DNA of 27,616 bases from IMG/VR virus record IMGVR_UViG_3300026258_000013, positions 1 to 27,616 of that record. One strand, given 5' to 3'. Within the stretch, counting starts at the first letter, position 1. The number at the start of each line of letters is the position of its first letter. The notes under the pieces are model-generated. The model did not search any database, was not told the DNA's origin, and saw only the letters and a program-made list of their open reading frames with translations. The DNA comes from a virus. Taxonomy: Duplodnaviria > Caudoviricetes. Both the position numbers and the translations under genes were made by a program. Below are positions 8,232-18,473 of the stretch, piece after piece.

Positions 8232-10616
8232 ATGGCAGAAGCTACAGGACAAGTTACCCAATTTCCCAGCCAATCGGTTGACGATGCTACGAAGGCTAGC
8301 AGAGACTACGGAATGGAAGTGGCACGTGGTATACAAAACGAATGGTTTAGAAAATCGTCTGGCACGGGGAGGTTCGTACAAAATCAACGAGACTTCCACA
8401 AACTAAGATTATATGCTAGGGGTGAACAATCTGTTCAGAAATATAAGGATGAATTTTCAGTAAATGGCGATTTATCTTATCTTAACTTAGATTGGAAACC
8501 AGTGCCAATTATACCTAAGTTTGTAGATATAGTTGTTAATGGCATGCAAGATAGGCTATTTACGGTTAAAGCTTTTGCTCAGGATCCTACATCTGTTAAA
8601 GAAAGAACAGATTTTGTAGAAAGGATTGTGGAGGACATGCAGACACAAGAAATTTTAGCTTCTATCGAGCAAAATATGAATGTTGATGTTAGCAATACGC
8701 CAAAAGAGGAGTTGCCTTCTACTACAGAAGAACTAGAGCTCCATATGCAGGTAAGCTACAAGCAAGGTATAGAGATAGCGGAAGAACAAGCTATAGACAA
8801 TACTTTTAAAAGGAATGATTACCCTGAAATTAAGAAAAGGATAGACTACGACCAAACAGTCTTAGGAATATCCGCTGTTAAACATGGATTTAACAATACA
8901 GATGGTATAAAGCTAGAATATGTTGATCCTTCAAATTTAGTATATTCGTATACAGAAGACCCTAACTTCCAAGATGTATATTATTTTGGGGAAATAAAAC
9001 AAATAAAAACAAACGAGCTTAAAAAACAATTTCCAGGATTATCTGATGAGGAATTCAACGAAGCGGTTAAAAAATCTAGTAATTATAATAATTATGACTA
9101 CGCTACTGTAGAGGCTAATGACAATAATGATTCCAACACTTTAACGGTGTTGTATTTTAATTGGAAAACATGGGAAAAAAGCGTATATAAAATAAAAGAA
9201 ACATCTACTGGAGCTAAAAAAGCAATAAAAAAAGATGATAAATTTAATCCTCCAAAAGATCAAAGAGCTAGATTTGAAAGGATAGCGCAGGCAAGAGAAA
9301 CTATATATGAAGGGGTGATGGTTCTTGGAGCTAATAAACTTCTTAAATGGGAAAAAGCGACAAATATGGTTCGCCCCGAGTCTAACGCTAATATGGTAAT
9401 GATGAATTACGTGGTTAGCGCGCCTAGAATGTATAAAGGCAAAATAGAAAGTCTTGTTAGTAGAATGGTAACCTACGCTGATTTAATTCAGCTTACACAC
9501 TTAAAGCTACAACAAGTAATACAAAGAATGACACCATCTGGTGTTTATTTAGATGCTGATGGACTAGCTGAAATAGATTTAGGTAACGGAACAAGTTATA
9601 ATCCTCAAGAGGCTTTAAATTTATATTTTCAAACCGGTTCTGTTATAGGAAGATCTATGACGGTTGACGGTGATATGAACCCCGGAAAAATACCAATTCA
9701 AGAATTGCCTGGTGGGGGTGGGCAACAATCAACTTTATTAATACAAGCGTATAATTATTATTTAAATATGATACGTGATGTAACTGGTTTAAACGAGGCA
9801 AGAGATGGGTCTGATCCAGACCAATATGCTTTAGTTGGTGTCCAAAAACTTGCAGCAGCAAATTCTAATACGGCTACAAGACATATATTACATAGTTCAC
9901 TTTACACTACTACAGCATTAGCTGAGGCAATATCAATTAGAATTAAAGACGTTCTTGAATTCCACCCGCAAAGAGACGCTATGATTACGGGAATAGGAAG
10001 ATTTAGTGTAGGGTCGTTAAAAGAGATGCAAAACTTACATCTGCATGACTTTGGTATATTTTTAGAACTAGACCCTGACGAAGACGAAAAACAGCTTGTA
10101 GAGCAAAACATACAAATGGCTTTGTCTAGAGATCAAATACTGTTAGAAGATGTTATTGACATTAGGCAAATAAAAAATACAAAATTAGCAAATCAGTTAT
10201 TAAAGTATAGAAGAGGTAAAAAAGAACAAATAGACCAAACCAAAGCGGAAAGAAATATAGCTGCACAATCAGAAGCAAACGCTCAAGCGGCTCAAGCTGC
10301 TGAAATGGCAAAAGCTCAAGCTGAAACTATTAAGGTTGAGGCTAAGATGAAGTTAGCAGAAGCCCAATCTAATTTTGACGTTAAGAAATTAGAAAGTGAA
10401 GCTATAACTAAGAAAGAGTTAATGCAATTTGAGTTTGATCTAAATATGAAATTAAAAGAAATGGAGCTTGACGCTAAAAAAGAAATAGCTAATAGCAAAG
10501 TATCTTTATCGGACATTAGTGGTCCACCATCTTCAGCTAAGCCGCAAAAATCATTTGAATCTAGTGGCAACGATGTTTTAGGTGGGATTGATCTTAGCAG
10601 GTTTGAACCTAGATAA
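8232..10616 (+). CDS. Portal protein
   Basis: 794 aa directly after terL. YLNLDWKPVPIIPKFVDIVVNG, IRDVTGLNEARDGS and a long C-terminal coiled coil (barrel) are typical of podovirus portals. Confidence 0.85.
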   Translation: MAEATGQVTQFPSQSVDDATKASRDYGMEVARGIQNEWFRKSSGTGRFVQNQRDFHKLRLYARGEQSVQKYKDEFSVNGDLSYLNLDWKPVPIIPKFVDIVVNGMQDRLFTVKAFAQDPTSVKERTDFVERIVEDMQTQEILASIEQNMNVDVSNTPKEELPSTTEELELHMQVSYKQGIEIAEEQAIDNTFKRNDYPEIKKRIDYDQTVLGISAVKHGFNNTDGIKLEYVDPSNLVYSYTEDPNFQDVYYFGEIKQIKTNELKKQFPGLSDEEFNEAVKKSSNYNNYDYATVEANDNNDSNTLTVLYFNWKTWEKSVYKIKETSTGAKKAIKKDDKFNPPKDQRARFERIAQARETIYEGVMVLGANKLLKWEKATNMVRPESNANMVMMNYVVSAPRMYKGKIESLVSRMVTYADLIQLTHLKLQQVIQRMTPSGVYLDADGLAEIDLGNGTSYNPQEALNLYFQTGSVIGRSMTVDGDMNPGKIPIQELPGGGGQQSTLLIQAYNYYLNMIRDVTGLNEARDGSDPDQYALVGVQKLAAANSNTATRHILHSSLYTTTALAEAISIRIKDVLEFHPQRDAMITGIGRFSVGSLKEMQNLHLHDFGIFLELDPDEDEKQLVEQNIQMALSRDQILLEDVIDIRQIKNTKLANQLLKYRRGKKEQIDQTKAERNIAAQSEANAQAAQAAEMAKAQAETIKVEAKMKLAEAQSNFDVKKLESEAITKKELMQFEFDLNMKLKEMELDAKKEIANSKVSLSDISGPPSSAKPQKSFESSGNDVLGGIDLSRFEPR

Positions 10617-10649
10617 AAAAAATTATTAACTATTATATATTATTAAATT

Positions 10650-11876
10650 ATGGCAGAATGGAAAATTAAAGGTGCTGCTGAAGACGTTGAGCAAAAGTCA
10701 GCACAAGAGCAAGAACAAGCTGTTTTAGATAAAGCAGTTGAAGAGGGCAAAATAGAGCCTGAAGCCGCCGGCAAAGAGGCCGACGAGGTACCAAAAATTA
10801 ACTTAGACGAATTAAACAAAAAAGAGGACACCACTCAAGAACAAGAAGCAGAAGAGGTTCCTGTTGAAGATGTTCCTAAAGAGAACAAAGAAGCGGAACA
10901 AAAGCCACAAAAACAAGCCGAGGCTGAAGAAACAGAAAAGCAAGACTCGCCGCTTGAACTTATTAAAGACGAAGAAGAAGTGGTTGAGGCTGACCAGCCT
11001 AAAGTGGATGAAAGAGCTGCTAAAGTAAACGAGCAACCGAAACCTGCAGAACCAGAAGTTGTACTTCCGGAGAATGTTGATAAGCTTGTTAAGTTTATGG
11101 AGGAAACAGGTGGTAGTGTTGAAGACTTTGTTTTATTAAATAGAGATCTATCAAAATACAATGATGGCGATCTATTGCGAGAATATTATAAACAATCTAA
11201 ACCTTGGGACACACAAGAAATTTCTGAATATATGGAAGACAATTTTTCATATAGCGAAGAAGAAGACGACCCAAGAGAAATACGTTCTAAAAAAAGAGCG
11301 TTTAAAGAAGAGTTATTTAATGCTAAAAAGTTTTTAGAAGGAAACAAAGAGAAATATTATGCTGATCTCAAGTTGAAGAAGCAAACAGATATTCCTCAGG
11401 AGTACCAAGAAGCTTTAGAGTATTATAACACATATCAACAGAACGCTGAATCAAGCAAACAACTTACTGAAAGTTTTTTACAAAAAACAGATAGTGTGTT
11501 TAGTCAAGATTTTAAAGGTTTTGATTTTCAAGTTGGAGACAATAAGTACCGTTATAAAGTCAATAATATTAATGACACAAAAACGCAACAATCTGATATT
11601 AACAATTTTGTAAAACAATTTTTAGGTGACGACGGCCAAATTAATGACGCCAAGGGTTACCATAAAGCATTATTTACTGCGAGAAACGCAGATAAGTTAG
11701 CTGAACATTTTTATGAGCAAGGCCGTGCCGATGCTCTCCGCCAATCCGCTAAGGAGGCTAAAAATATAAATATGGACCCAAGGCAAGAGGGTGTTATTAA
11801 AACAGCTTCAGGCCAAAAGTTCAAAGTTGTTTCTGGTGATTCTAGTTCTAAACTAAGAATGAAACTAAGACAATAA
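10650..11876 (+). CDS. Putative capsid scaffolding protein
   Basis: Highly acidic, low-complexity N-half, helical C-half, basic C-terminus; lies between portal and major capsid. Confidence 0.65.
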   Translation: MAEWKIKGAAEDVEQKSAQEQEQAVLDKAVEEGKIEPEAAGKEADEVPKINLDELNKKEDTTQEQEAEEVPVEDVPKENKEAEQKPQKQAEAEETEKQDSPLELIKDEEEVVEADQPKVDERAAKVNEQPKPAEPEVVLPENVDKLVKFMEETGGSVEDFVLLNRDLSKYNDGDLLREYYKQSKPWDTQEISEYMEDNFSYSEEEDDPREIRSKKRAFKEELFNAKKFLEGNKEKYYADLKLKKQTDIPQEYQEALEYYNTYQQNAESSKQLTESFLQKTDSVFSQDFKGFDFQVGDNKYRYKVNNINDTKTQQSDINNFVKQFLGDDGQINDAKGYHKALFTARNADKLAEHFYEQGRADALRQSAKEAKNINMDPRQEGVIKTASGQKFKVVSGDSSSKLRMKLRQ

Positions 11877-11893
11877 CTTAAAAATTTATTACA

Positions 11894-13345
11894 ATGGCTA
11901 TTACAACTGGCATTGAACACTTGTCCCCTTCGGCAACTAAGGGGTCATTATTTCAAGGTAATTATATTACCGATTTTGATTTTACAAAGCAATTTCTACC
12001 TGATGTATACGAAAAAGAAGCTGAGATTTACGGAAATCGTTCTATCTCTTCTTTCTTACGTATGGTATCAGCTGAAATGCCTTCTACCTCTGATGAAATC
12101 AGATGGGTTGAGCAAGGAAGACTACATACTCGTTATAACAACGTAGCTATTGCTACTGCTAGCGGCACTGGGGAATCTGTATTTACAGTAACCTTTGCTT
12201 CAAAAGCTGATGGTACTGCATGGGCTGCGGGGGACGCTCCCGCTATTAGAGCTGGACAAACAATTATGGTACAAGGTTTAACCGCTGCAGGAGCCGCTAC
12301 AGGCCCTGTTGTTAAAGGTGTTGTTACTGTTGCTGGAGCTGCTGCTGCTGGTGATACTGGAACTTTTACTGCTGTTGCTTATACAGCTGCTAACTGGACA
12401 GGTGTTACTGGTGCATCTAGCTACTCTAAAGCGAACGTACTAGTATATGGATCTGAATTTGCTAAAGGAACTGACGGAATGGTTGGATCTTTAGATTCTG
12501 ATTACAGCTCTTATACTAACAAGCCTATTATTCTAAAAGATAACTATGCAATTAACGGATCTGACACTGCTCAGATTGGTTGGATTGAAGTTACTTCTGA
12601 AAATGGAGCATCTGGTTACCTATGGTATCTAAAGTCTGAGCATGAAACTAGACAAAGATTTGAAGACTACTTAGAAATGTCTATGGTAGAGTCAGTTAAG
12701 AAAACTGCTTCTGCAGGTACAGCCGCTGCTAATTACAGTGGTTCTGAAGGTTTCTTTGCTGCTCTTGAAGCTAGAGGTAATGTTTATGATGGACTATCTA
12801 CAGACTTAGCGTCTAATATGACTGGTTTTGATAACATCCTTAAGCAACTAGACAAAAATGGATCTATTGAAGAAAACATGATCTATAGCAACAGAGCTTT
12901 GTCTCTAGCTATCGACGATGCACTAGCTGCTAAAAATTCTTATGGATCAGGTGGTACTTCTTACGGAGTATTTAACAATTCTGAAGATATGGCACTAAAT
13001 CTAGGATTTTCTGGATTCAGAAGAGGCTCTTATGACTTCTATAAAACTGACTGGAAATATTTAAATGATTTTGCTACAAGAGGCGGATTCGGTGATGTTG
13101 AAGGAACTATTATTCCCGCAGGTACATCTACTGTATACGATCAAGATCTAGGTAAAAATATCAAGCGACCATTTTTACACGTACGTTATCGTTCTTCTGA
13201 AACTGATGACAGAAAAATGAAAACTTGGATTACTGGATCAGTAGGAGGTGCTTATACTTCTAGTTTGGACGAAATGAGAGTTAACTTCTTATCTGAAAGA
13301 TGTTTAATTACTCAAGGAGCCAACAACTTCTTCTTATTGAAGTAA
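11894..13345 (+). CDS. Major capsid protein
   Basis: 483 aa. QFLPDVYEKEAEIYGNRSISSFL, IRWVEQGRLH, LNLGFSGFRRGSYDFYKTDWKYLND, FLSERCL. Codon bias of a highly expressed gene; followed by a terminator. Confidence 0.85.
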   Translation: MAITTGIEHLSPSATKGSLFQGNYITDFDFTKQFLPDVYEKEAEIYGNRSISSFLRMVSAEMPSTSDEIRWVEQGRLHTRYNNVAIATASGTGESVFTVTFASKADGTAWAAGDAPAIRAGQTIMVQGLTAAGAATGPVVKGVVTVAGAAAAGDTGTFTAVAYTAANWTGVTGASSYSKANVLVYGSEFAKGTDGMVGSLDSDYSSYTNKPIILKDNYAINGSDTAQIGWIEVTSENGASGYLWYLKSEHETRQRFEDYLEMSMVESVKKTASAGTAAANYSGSEGFFAALEARGNVYDGLSTDLASNMTGFDNILKQLDKNGSIEENMIYSNRALSLAIDDALAAKNSYGSGGTSYGVFNNSEDMALNLGFSGFRRGSYDFYKTDWKYLNDFATRGGFGDVEGTIIPAGTSTVYDQDLGKNIKRPFLHVRYRSSETDDRKMKTWITGSVGGAYTSSLDEMRVNFLSERCLITQGANNFFLLK

Positions 13346-13354
13346 TTAGTTAAT

Positions 13355-13400
13355 ATAGCGATAGGGTGGTTACGGCCACCCTTTAGCTATTTATTTTATT
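13355..13400 (+). terminator. Intrinsic terminator after the major capsid gene
   Basis: Stem agggtggt-tacg-gccaccct (13363-13382), extended by atagc/gctat and followed by ttattttatt. Confidence 0.75.
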
Positions 13401-13410
13401 AAATTATATT

Positions 13411-14136
13411 ATGAAAAATTGGGAAATTAAAGATAGGACATATATCCTTAGAAATGGTATGTCCCCGTTAACTTACAAAATAAAAAGCACGGGCCTAATA
13501 TGGTTCGACGAAGAAACTGGGACAAATAGAGAAATACGATACGCAGATAATCAAAAATCTTTGTTTGTAGATGAACAAGATGGGTTTGCACAACTAAAAC
13601 ATATTGTCTTTCAAGACGGAGCGTTAGTAGTGCCTAGAAACCAACCTTTATTACAACAACTATTATCATTATATCACCCAGATAGAAACAACTTATGGGA
13701 AGAAATTGATAATGTTAAAGAAGCGGTAGACGATATAGATATTATAGAGTTAGAGTTAGAAGCGCTAAAACTAGTGCAAGAACTTGATATTGAGCATCTT
13801 GAAGCTATTCTTAGAACAGAAGTTGGGTCTGATATAGTTAACATGTCTTCTAAAGAAATAAAAAGAGACTGTTATTTGTTTGCTAAAAACGATCCAGAAT
13901 TATTTATTGAGGTTGCAAAAGACGAAGATATTAAACTTCGGAACTTAGCTAACCGATGCGTAGAGGCAGGTATTGTTAAACTAGCAGACGACAATACAGT
14001 ATTTAAATGGAGTAAAAATGGCAAGAAAATTATGACTGTGCCGTTTGATGAACATCCATATGCAGCGTTTGCACGATTCTTAAAAACAGATGAAGGGGTA
14101 GACGTTATGAAGGCAATTGAAAAAAAGCTTTCATAA
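13411..14136 (+). CDS. Conserved virion-module protein downstream of the major capsid gene
   Basis: 241-aa clean ORF in the position occupied by a conserved gene in crAss-like capsid modules; function unknown. Confidence 0.6.
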   Translation: MKNWEIKDRTYILRNGMSPLTYKIKSTGLIWFDEETGTNREIRYADNQKSLFVDEQDGFAQLKHIVFQDGALVVPRNQPLLQQLLSLYHPDRNNLWEEIDNVKEAVDDIDIIELELEALKLVQELDIEHLEAILRTEVGSDIVNMSSKEIKRDCYLFAKNDPELFIEVAKDEDIKLRNLANRCVEAGIVKLADDNTVFKWSKNGKKIMTVPFDEHPYAAFARFLKTDEGVDVMKAIEKKLS

Positions 14137-14143
14137 AACACTA

Positions 14144-14171
14144 GGTTATAGTTATTCGGTTAACTATAACC
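14144..14171 (+). other. Perfect 11-bp inverted repeat (RNA hairpin) in an intergenic spacer
   Basis: ggttatagtta-ttcggt-taactataacc; no U-tract follows on the plus strand. Confidence 0.7.
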
Positions 14172-14192
14172 ATCTAATAAATAAAAACAACA

Positions 14193-14903
14193 ATGGTAAG
14201 CATAGACAACGTTTATAAAACAGTATTAAACATACTTAATAAAGAAAATAGGGGGTATATAGTGCCGAGGGAATTCAATTCGTTGGCTAACCAGGCTCAA
14301 AACGAAATTTTTGAAAGTTATTTTTCTTTAAGAAACTATGTTGTTTCTAATGATTCCGACTATTCGGATATTAGAAAAAACGTAGAAGAAAAAATAGCTT
14401 TGTTTGAAAACGAAGAAACAATACCCGTTACAGGCGGTGGTTTCACTAATCCCGCAGGTAATACTACCTTAAGCTACTATGCTTACCCCTCTAATTTTTA
14501 TAGGCTAGGCACCGTTTCTGCAAATGCTATACACGTTACAGAAGTTTCTAGCCAAGATATAATGTATTTAAATAGAGCTCCGCTGACAAAGCCTACAATA
14601 AACAATCCTGTATATGTTAGGCACGAGGGTGGCTTAGTAATACACCCCACAACAGGAATATCTTCCATTCTTATAAATTACATAAGAAAGCCCGCTGAAG
14701 TAAAATGGGCTGGGGGTACGTTAAGTGGGCAAATATCTCCAAATACAGCGGCTCCAGGTTATCAGGATTTTGAATTACACGTTTCTGAAGAGCCAGAATT
14801 AGTTGTAAAAATATTAGCTTACGCAGGTGTAGTCATACGAGCAGCGGACATAACTCAGGCGGCTGCAGCAAAAGAACAACAAATTATACAATCTGAAAAA
14901 TAA
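14193..14903 (+). CDS. Head-tail adaptor / tail ring protein
   Basis: N-terminal helical pair (VYKTVLNILNKENRGY...FNSLANQAQNEIF), YPSNFYRL, INYIRKP and a C-terminal helix; P22 gp4 / T7 gp11-like architecture. Confidence 0.6.
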   Translation: MVSIDNVYKTVLNILNKENRGYIVPREFNSLANQAQNEIFESYFSLRNYVVSNDSDYSDIRKNVEEKIALFENEETIPVTGGGFTNPAGNTTLSYYAYPSNFYRLGTVSANAIHVTEVSSQDIMYLNRAPLTKPTINNPVYVRHEGGLVIHPTTGISSILINYIRKPAEVKWAGGTLSGQISPNTAAPGYQDFELHVSEEPELVVKILAYAGVVIRAADITQAAAAKEQQIIQSEK

Positions 14904-15853
14904 TGGCAGAATCAAGAAAAATATACACTAGTCAACAATATTACGCCAACTTTGAGGGTGATGCTGGTAATACCCCTGCCGATTTTAAAGGTTTAGGTTA
15001 TTACAGTAGGACTAGTTTAGAAGATATTGTAAATAACTTTATTGTTGCTTATGTTGGTGAAGAAAAAGCGCTTACAAAAGTACCTAGATATGAAGTAGAT
15101 TTTTGGGCTCAAAGAGGAATGCAAGAATTTAGCTATGATATATTGCATAGTGAGAAAAGCGTAGAAATAGAATTAGGTAACGCGCTGCAATTTCCTTTGC
15201 CTCAAGACTATGTTAATTATGTAAAAGTTTCTCACGTTGGGGAAGACGGCCGGAAAAACGTGCTGCTTCCTGTAAGGACGGTTGGTAACCCTACTGCTAT
15301 ATTGCAAGATGGTAGCCATAACTTTTTATATGATAGTGGTGGTGAAGTACAAGTTGGAGCTAAATCAACAGCTATAACCAGGTTCCAAGATCCTAATAAT
15401 CCTGCCAATAGATCTCAATCTGCGCAAGATTATTACAATAATAACTACAACGACGACAATTTTTCTTATTTTAACAAAAGATATGGTAGTAATCCAGAGG
15501 ATATGTCTGGGGCTGGAGTATTTTTTATAGATACGGCTAAAGGTATCATATTTTTTGATGGAACATTTAGTGGCAGAGATGACAATTTAATTATTTTAGA
15601 TTATATTTCTGACGGTTTGGCCGACAATGGAGACTTATCTAAAGTTTACATCCCGAAGCTTGCTGAGGACGCTTTATATGCTTACATGCTATATAATTTG
15701 TCTAAACTACGACCTTCAAGCGTTCAACTCGCTCCGTTGTATAAAAAAGAGGCTAGCTCAAAAATGAGAAATACAAAAATAAGACTTTCAAATTATAAAT
15801 CTGAAGAAATGGCTCAAGTATTGCGGGGCAAGGCTAAGTGGATTAAACATTAA
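14903..15853 (+). CDS. Tail tubular / ring protein
   Basis: SLEDIVNNF, AQRGMQEFSYD, LPQDYVNYVKVS, ILDYISDGL, PKLAEDALYAY. Second ring-type protein, coupled by TAATG. Confidence 0.65.
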   Translation: MAESRKIYTSQQYYANFEGDAGNTPADFKGLGYYSRTSLEDIVNNFIVAYVGEEKALTKVPRYEVDFWAQRGMQEFSYDILHSEKSVEIELGNALQFPLPQDYVNYVKVSHVGEDGRKNVLLPVRTVGNPTAILQDGSHNFLYDSGGEVQVGAKSTAITRFQDPNNPANRSQSAQDYYNNNYNDDNFSYFNKRYGSNPEDMSGAGVFFIDTAKGIIFFDGTFSGRDDNLIILDYISDGLADNGDLSKVYIPKLAEDALYAYMLYNLSKLRPSSVQLAPLYKKEASSKMRNTKIRLSNYKSEEMAQVLRGKAKWIKH

Positions 15854-15863
15854 ATAAAATTAA

Positions 15864-18464
15864 ATGGCAGAAAGCAAAAGAACATTCCAATCCGCAAGGA
15901 TGGATAAAGACATAGACGATAGGCTATTAAAACCCGGAAGCTTTAGAGATGGGCTTAATATATCTATTGATACGTCTGAAGATGCTAATGTAGGAGCTAT
16001 TGAAAACCTAAAAGGTAATGAATTAATAGCTAACCAAAATATATACGGGCTTTCAGAATCAAGCAATCCTAACGCACAAGTCGTAGGTTCTTATGCTCAT
16101 CCCGAAGAAGAAAAAATATATTATTTCGTTACAGGAGATCTTGTTGACGGAATATTTGAATATGATGCCGAAAATGGTGATATTAGTACAATAATAGTTG
16201 ACGGTAGAAAAAGCTTAGAATTAGAAAAATCAGAATTAACATTTTTAGGGTCAAAATCTAGTGCAACAATAAAACAAGACGGTACAATAGTGCCTAGTTC
16301 CAATATAGGGGGCGTTATATCTTTAACACCAGCTTTTCCTGCTAACACAACTGGATCTGCAATTTCACAAGTTGTTGCTTTAAAGGTTCAAGTCCCCAGA
16401 GGATATGCAAACGCAGGAAAATTTGTTTCCGGCGAAGTTAATGCTAGTCAACCATCAATAGGATCGCCAGAGGTGCAAACAAAAGCTGCTACTCGTATAG
16501 ATAATACTAATGGGACATTAAACGGCCTTTTAACTCATGATAGCGTTAATGTTACTTCGCAAGGTTTTTATTATGGATATAACACCAGCGGAACGGCTTT
16601 AACAATTTCCGAACTAAAAAACGGAGGTACTGGTATAACAAGATTTACCGTTTCAAGCTCTAGTATAAAACAAAGATTTAAAGCTAATATTGGCTCTCTT
16701 GTTGCCAATAAGCTAATAAGTTTTGCAGCTTTTGCAACTAATTCAATAGGAACAACAGATGGATTAGTAAAAACATTTTCAACAAGAAACACTGTATTGT
16801 CTTTAACCTCCTTGTCGTTTGCTTCCAGCACAATAGGAAGCGCGGGTGGGACTGCTTTTTTTACAGTCTCAGGTGTTGTGGGCAGTACTTATACTCTTGC
16901 GGGTACAGTCGGAGCCACCGCACCATCTGGCCCTTTTACTATGGGATCCAGCGGTTCTATTACACATTCAATTACAATAGGTGCTCAAGGAACGGGAGAC
17001 CCTCAAAGAACACCCACTGTTACTGTAACTCCTACAGGCTCTACAGCATTTTTGCCAACAAGCCTACAAGCTTTTGATACAATTACACAAGCGGCAGGAA
17101 CAGCGCAAACGTATAATTACTCATTAACACCATCGGCGTCTATAGGTAATTCAACATTAAAACAAACGGCTCTTTCTACCGGAAGTGCTTATACAGGGTT
17201 CTCAACAACACAAACCGCTGGATATTCAGCAACAGAAACGTTTTATATATTCCCTAATGCAGGTTACGAATTTGCAAACACTTCCTCTGTTTCTATAACA
17301 GGCTTGCCCTCGTGGGCTAGCGCTAGTGTTTCGCAAAACACAAATGGGGATAATCATACATATGTAAAAGTAGATATAGCTATATCTAATACGCCTACTA
17401 ACAATGATAGCGTAACTTACAATATAGCTGCGACCCCTACACAGGTAGTTACTACTTGGTCTGCTGGTTTATGGGCAGCCTCTACAAACCCTTCGGTAGC
17501 TATTAGTCCAACATCAGATAGTTCAATAAGCTTTACTGGGACTGGTACTAAAACTGCGTCTGACACAATTTCAATAACAGACAGTAGCAAATTTGTTTCC
17601 GGCGTTAATTCTACCACTAAAAATTCAACTTACGGTGGTGATATAATAACTGTTAGCTATTCAGGTGTGCCAACTAGTACAGGTGGCAGTTTAACTGCAA
17701 ACTTTAGCATTGCTATTCCTGCCGCTCAAAGAAAAAGCATTACATATTCTAGTGCTCCGATAGCTATTAGTTTAGCGGGCGCTACAGCAGCAAGTAATCA
17801 TACTTTAACATTTAATAGTGTTGGAAGTAATTTTGTAGCTGGGGTAGGCGCTAACTTGTTAACTAGTCATACTATTTCTTTAGCACCTGGTTCTACACAA
17901 CAAATTTCTGTTAATGTTCAACCAAATGACGGTTATAAGCTTACAGACGCAAATGCTTCTAGCGCAACGAATCTTCCTAGTTGGGTTACTTTAGTAAGTG
18001 AAACAGTAACTGATTATGGTATTTATAGTCATATTACCTATGTCTTTAATGTTACAGGACAAAGTGGGACGACTAGCGGATCTATAGACTTTAACGCAAC
18101 TCCTACGGCTGCTACAATGACTTGGAGTAATAAATTAGCTGTAGCTAGCCCTGGCGCGACTGGTATATCAGTAAGCGTAATAGATGATGGAACTTCATAC
18201 CAACATACTGGGCCCACGGGCAGTACAGATGTAAAATTCAGTTATAGTGGGGGAGTCCCAAGTTCAGTAACATACAGCGAGCCTTATAGTCAAACTGGTA
18301 CTTTTGCAAGTTCATTAAGCAACGGGGGTATAACTATATATCCAGCGAATCATCCTATCACTCCAAATCAAATATGGTGTTCTATAATTATAGACAATAA
18401 TTATAATAACGATGTTACAACACCGTCTAATTTTGCGCCAGTTAGGCTAACGTTAAATACTTAA
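15864..18464 (+). CDS. Tail stabilization/nozzle protein N-terminal fragment fused to Ig-like (FN3/BACON-like) arm
   Basis: About aa 1-115 match the start of this phage group's nozzle protein (RMDKDIDDRLL...RDGLNI...GAIENLKGN...KIYYFV...IFEYD). The remainder is Ser/Thr-rich beta-sandwich repeats. Confidence 0.65.
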   Translation: MAESKRTFQSARMDKDIDDRLLKPGSFRDGLNISIDTSEDANVGAIENLKGNELIANQNIYGLSESSNPNAQVVGSYAHPEEEKIYYFVTGDLVDGIFEYDAENGDISTIIVDGRKSLELEKSELTFLGSKSSATIKQDGTIVPSSNIGGVISLTPAFPANTTGSAISQVVALKVQVPRGYANAGKFVSGEVNASQPSIGSPEVQTKAATRIDNTNGTLNGLLTHDSVNVTSQGFYYGYNTSGTALTISELKNGGTGITRFTVSSSSIKQRFKANIGSLVANKLISFAAFATNSIGTTDGLVKTFSTRNTVLSLTSLSFASSTIGSAGGTAFFTVSGVVGSTYTLAGTVGATAPSGPFTMGSSGSITHSITIGAQGTGDPQRTPTVTVTPTGSTAFLPTSLQAFDTITQAAGTAQTYNYSLTPSASIGNSTLKQTALSTGSAYTGFSTTQTAGYSATETFYIFPNAGYEFANTSSVSITGLPSWASASVSQNTNGDNHTYVKVDIAISNTPTNNDSVTYNIAATPTQVVTTWSAGLWAASTNPSVAISPTSDSSISFTGTGTKTASDTISITDSSKFVSGVNSTTKNSTYGGDIITVSYSGVPTSTGGSLTANFSIAIPAAQRKSITYSSAPIAISLAGATAASNHTLTFNSVGSNFVAGVGANLLTSHTISLAPGSTQQISVNVQPNDGYKLTDANASSATNLPSWVTLVSETVTDYGIYSHITYVFNVTGQSGTTSGSIDFNATPTAATMTWSNKLAVASPGATGISVSVIDDGTSYQHTGPTGSTDVKFSYSGGVPSSVTYSEPYSQTGTFASSLSNGGITIYPANHPITPNQIWCSIIIDNNYNNDVTTPSNFAPVRLTLNT

Positions 18465-18473
18465 TAAAAAAAT

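Noticed and set aside
11913-12146. 77-aa +1 ORF inside the major capsid gene
   Set aside because: TTG start, only about four positions where a stop had to be avoided, and the capsid gene's codon bias already lowers +1 stop frequency.
16419-17604. Exact 16-bp in-frame direct repeat AAATTTGTTTCCGGCG (16419 and 17589)
   Set aside because: One such match is plausible by chance in 27 kb of AT-rich DNA, and the flanks share no similarity.
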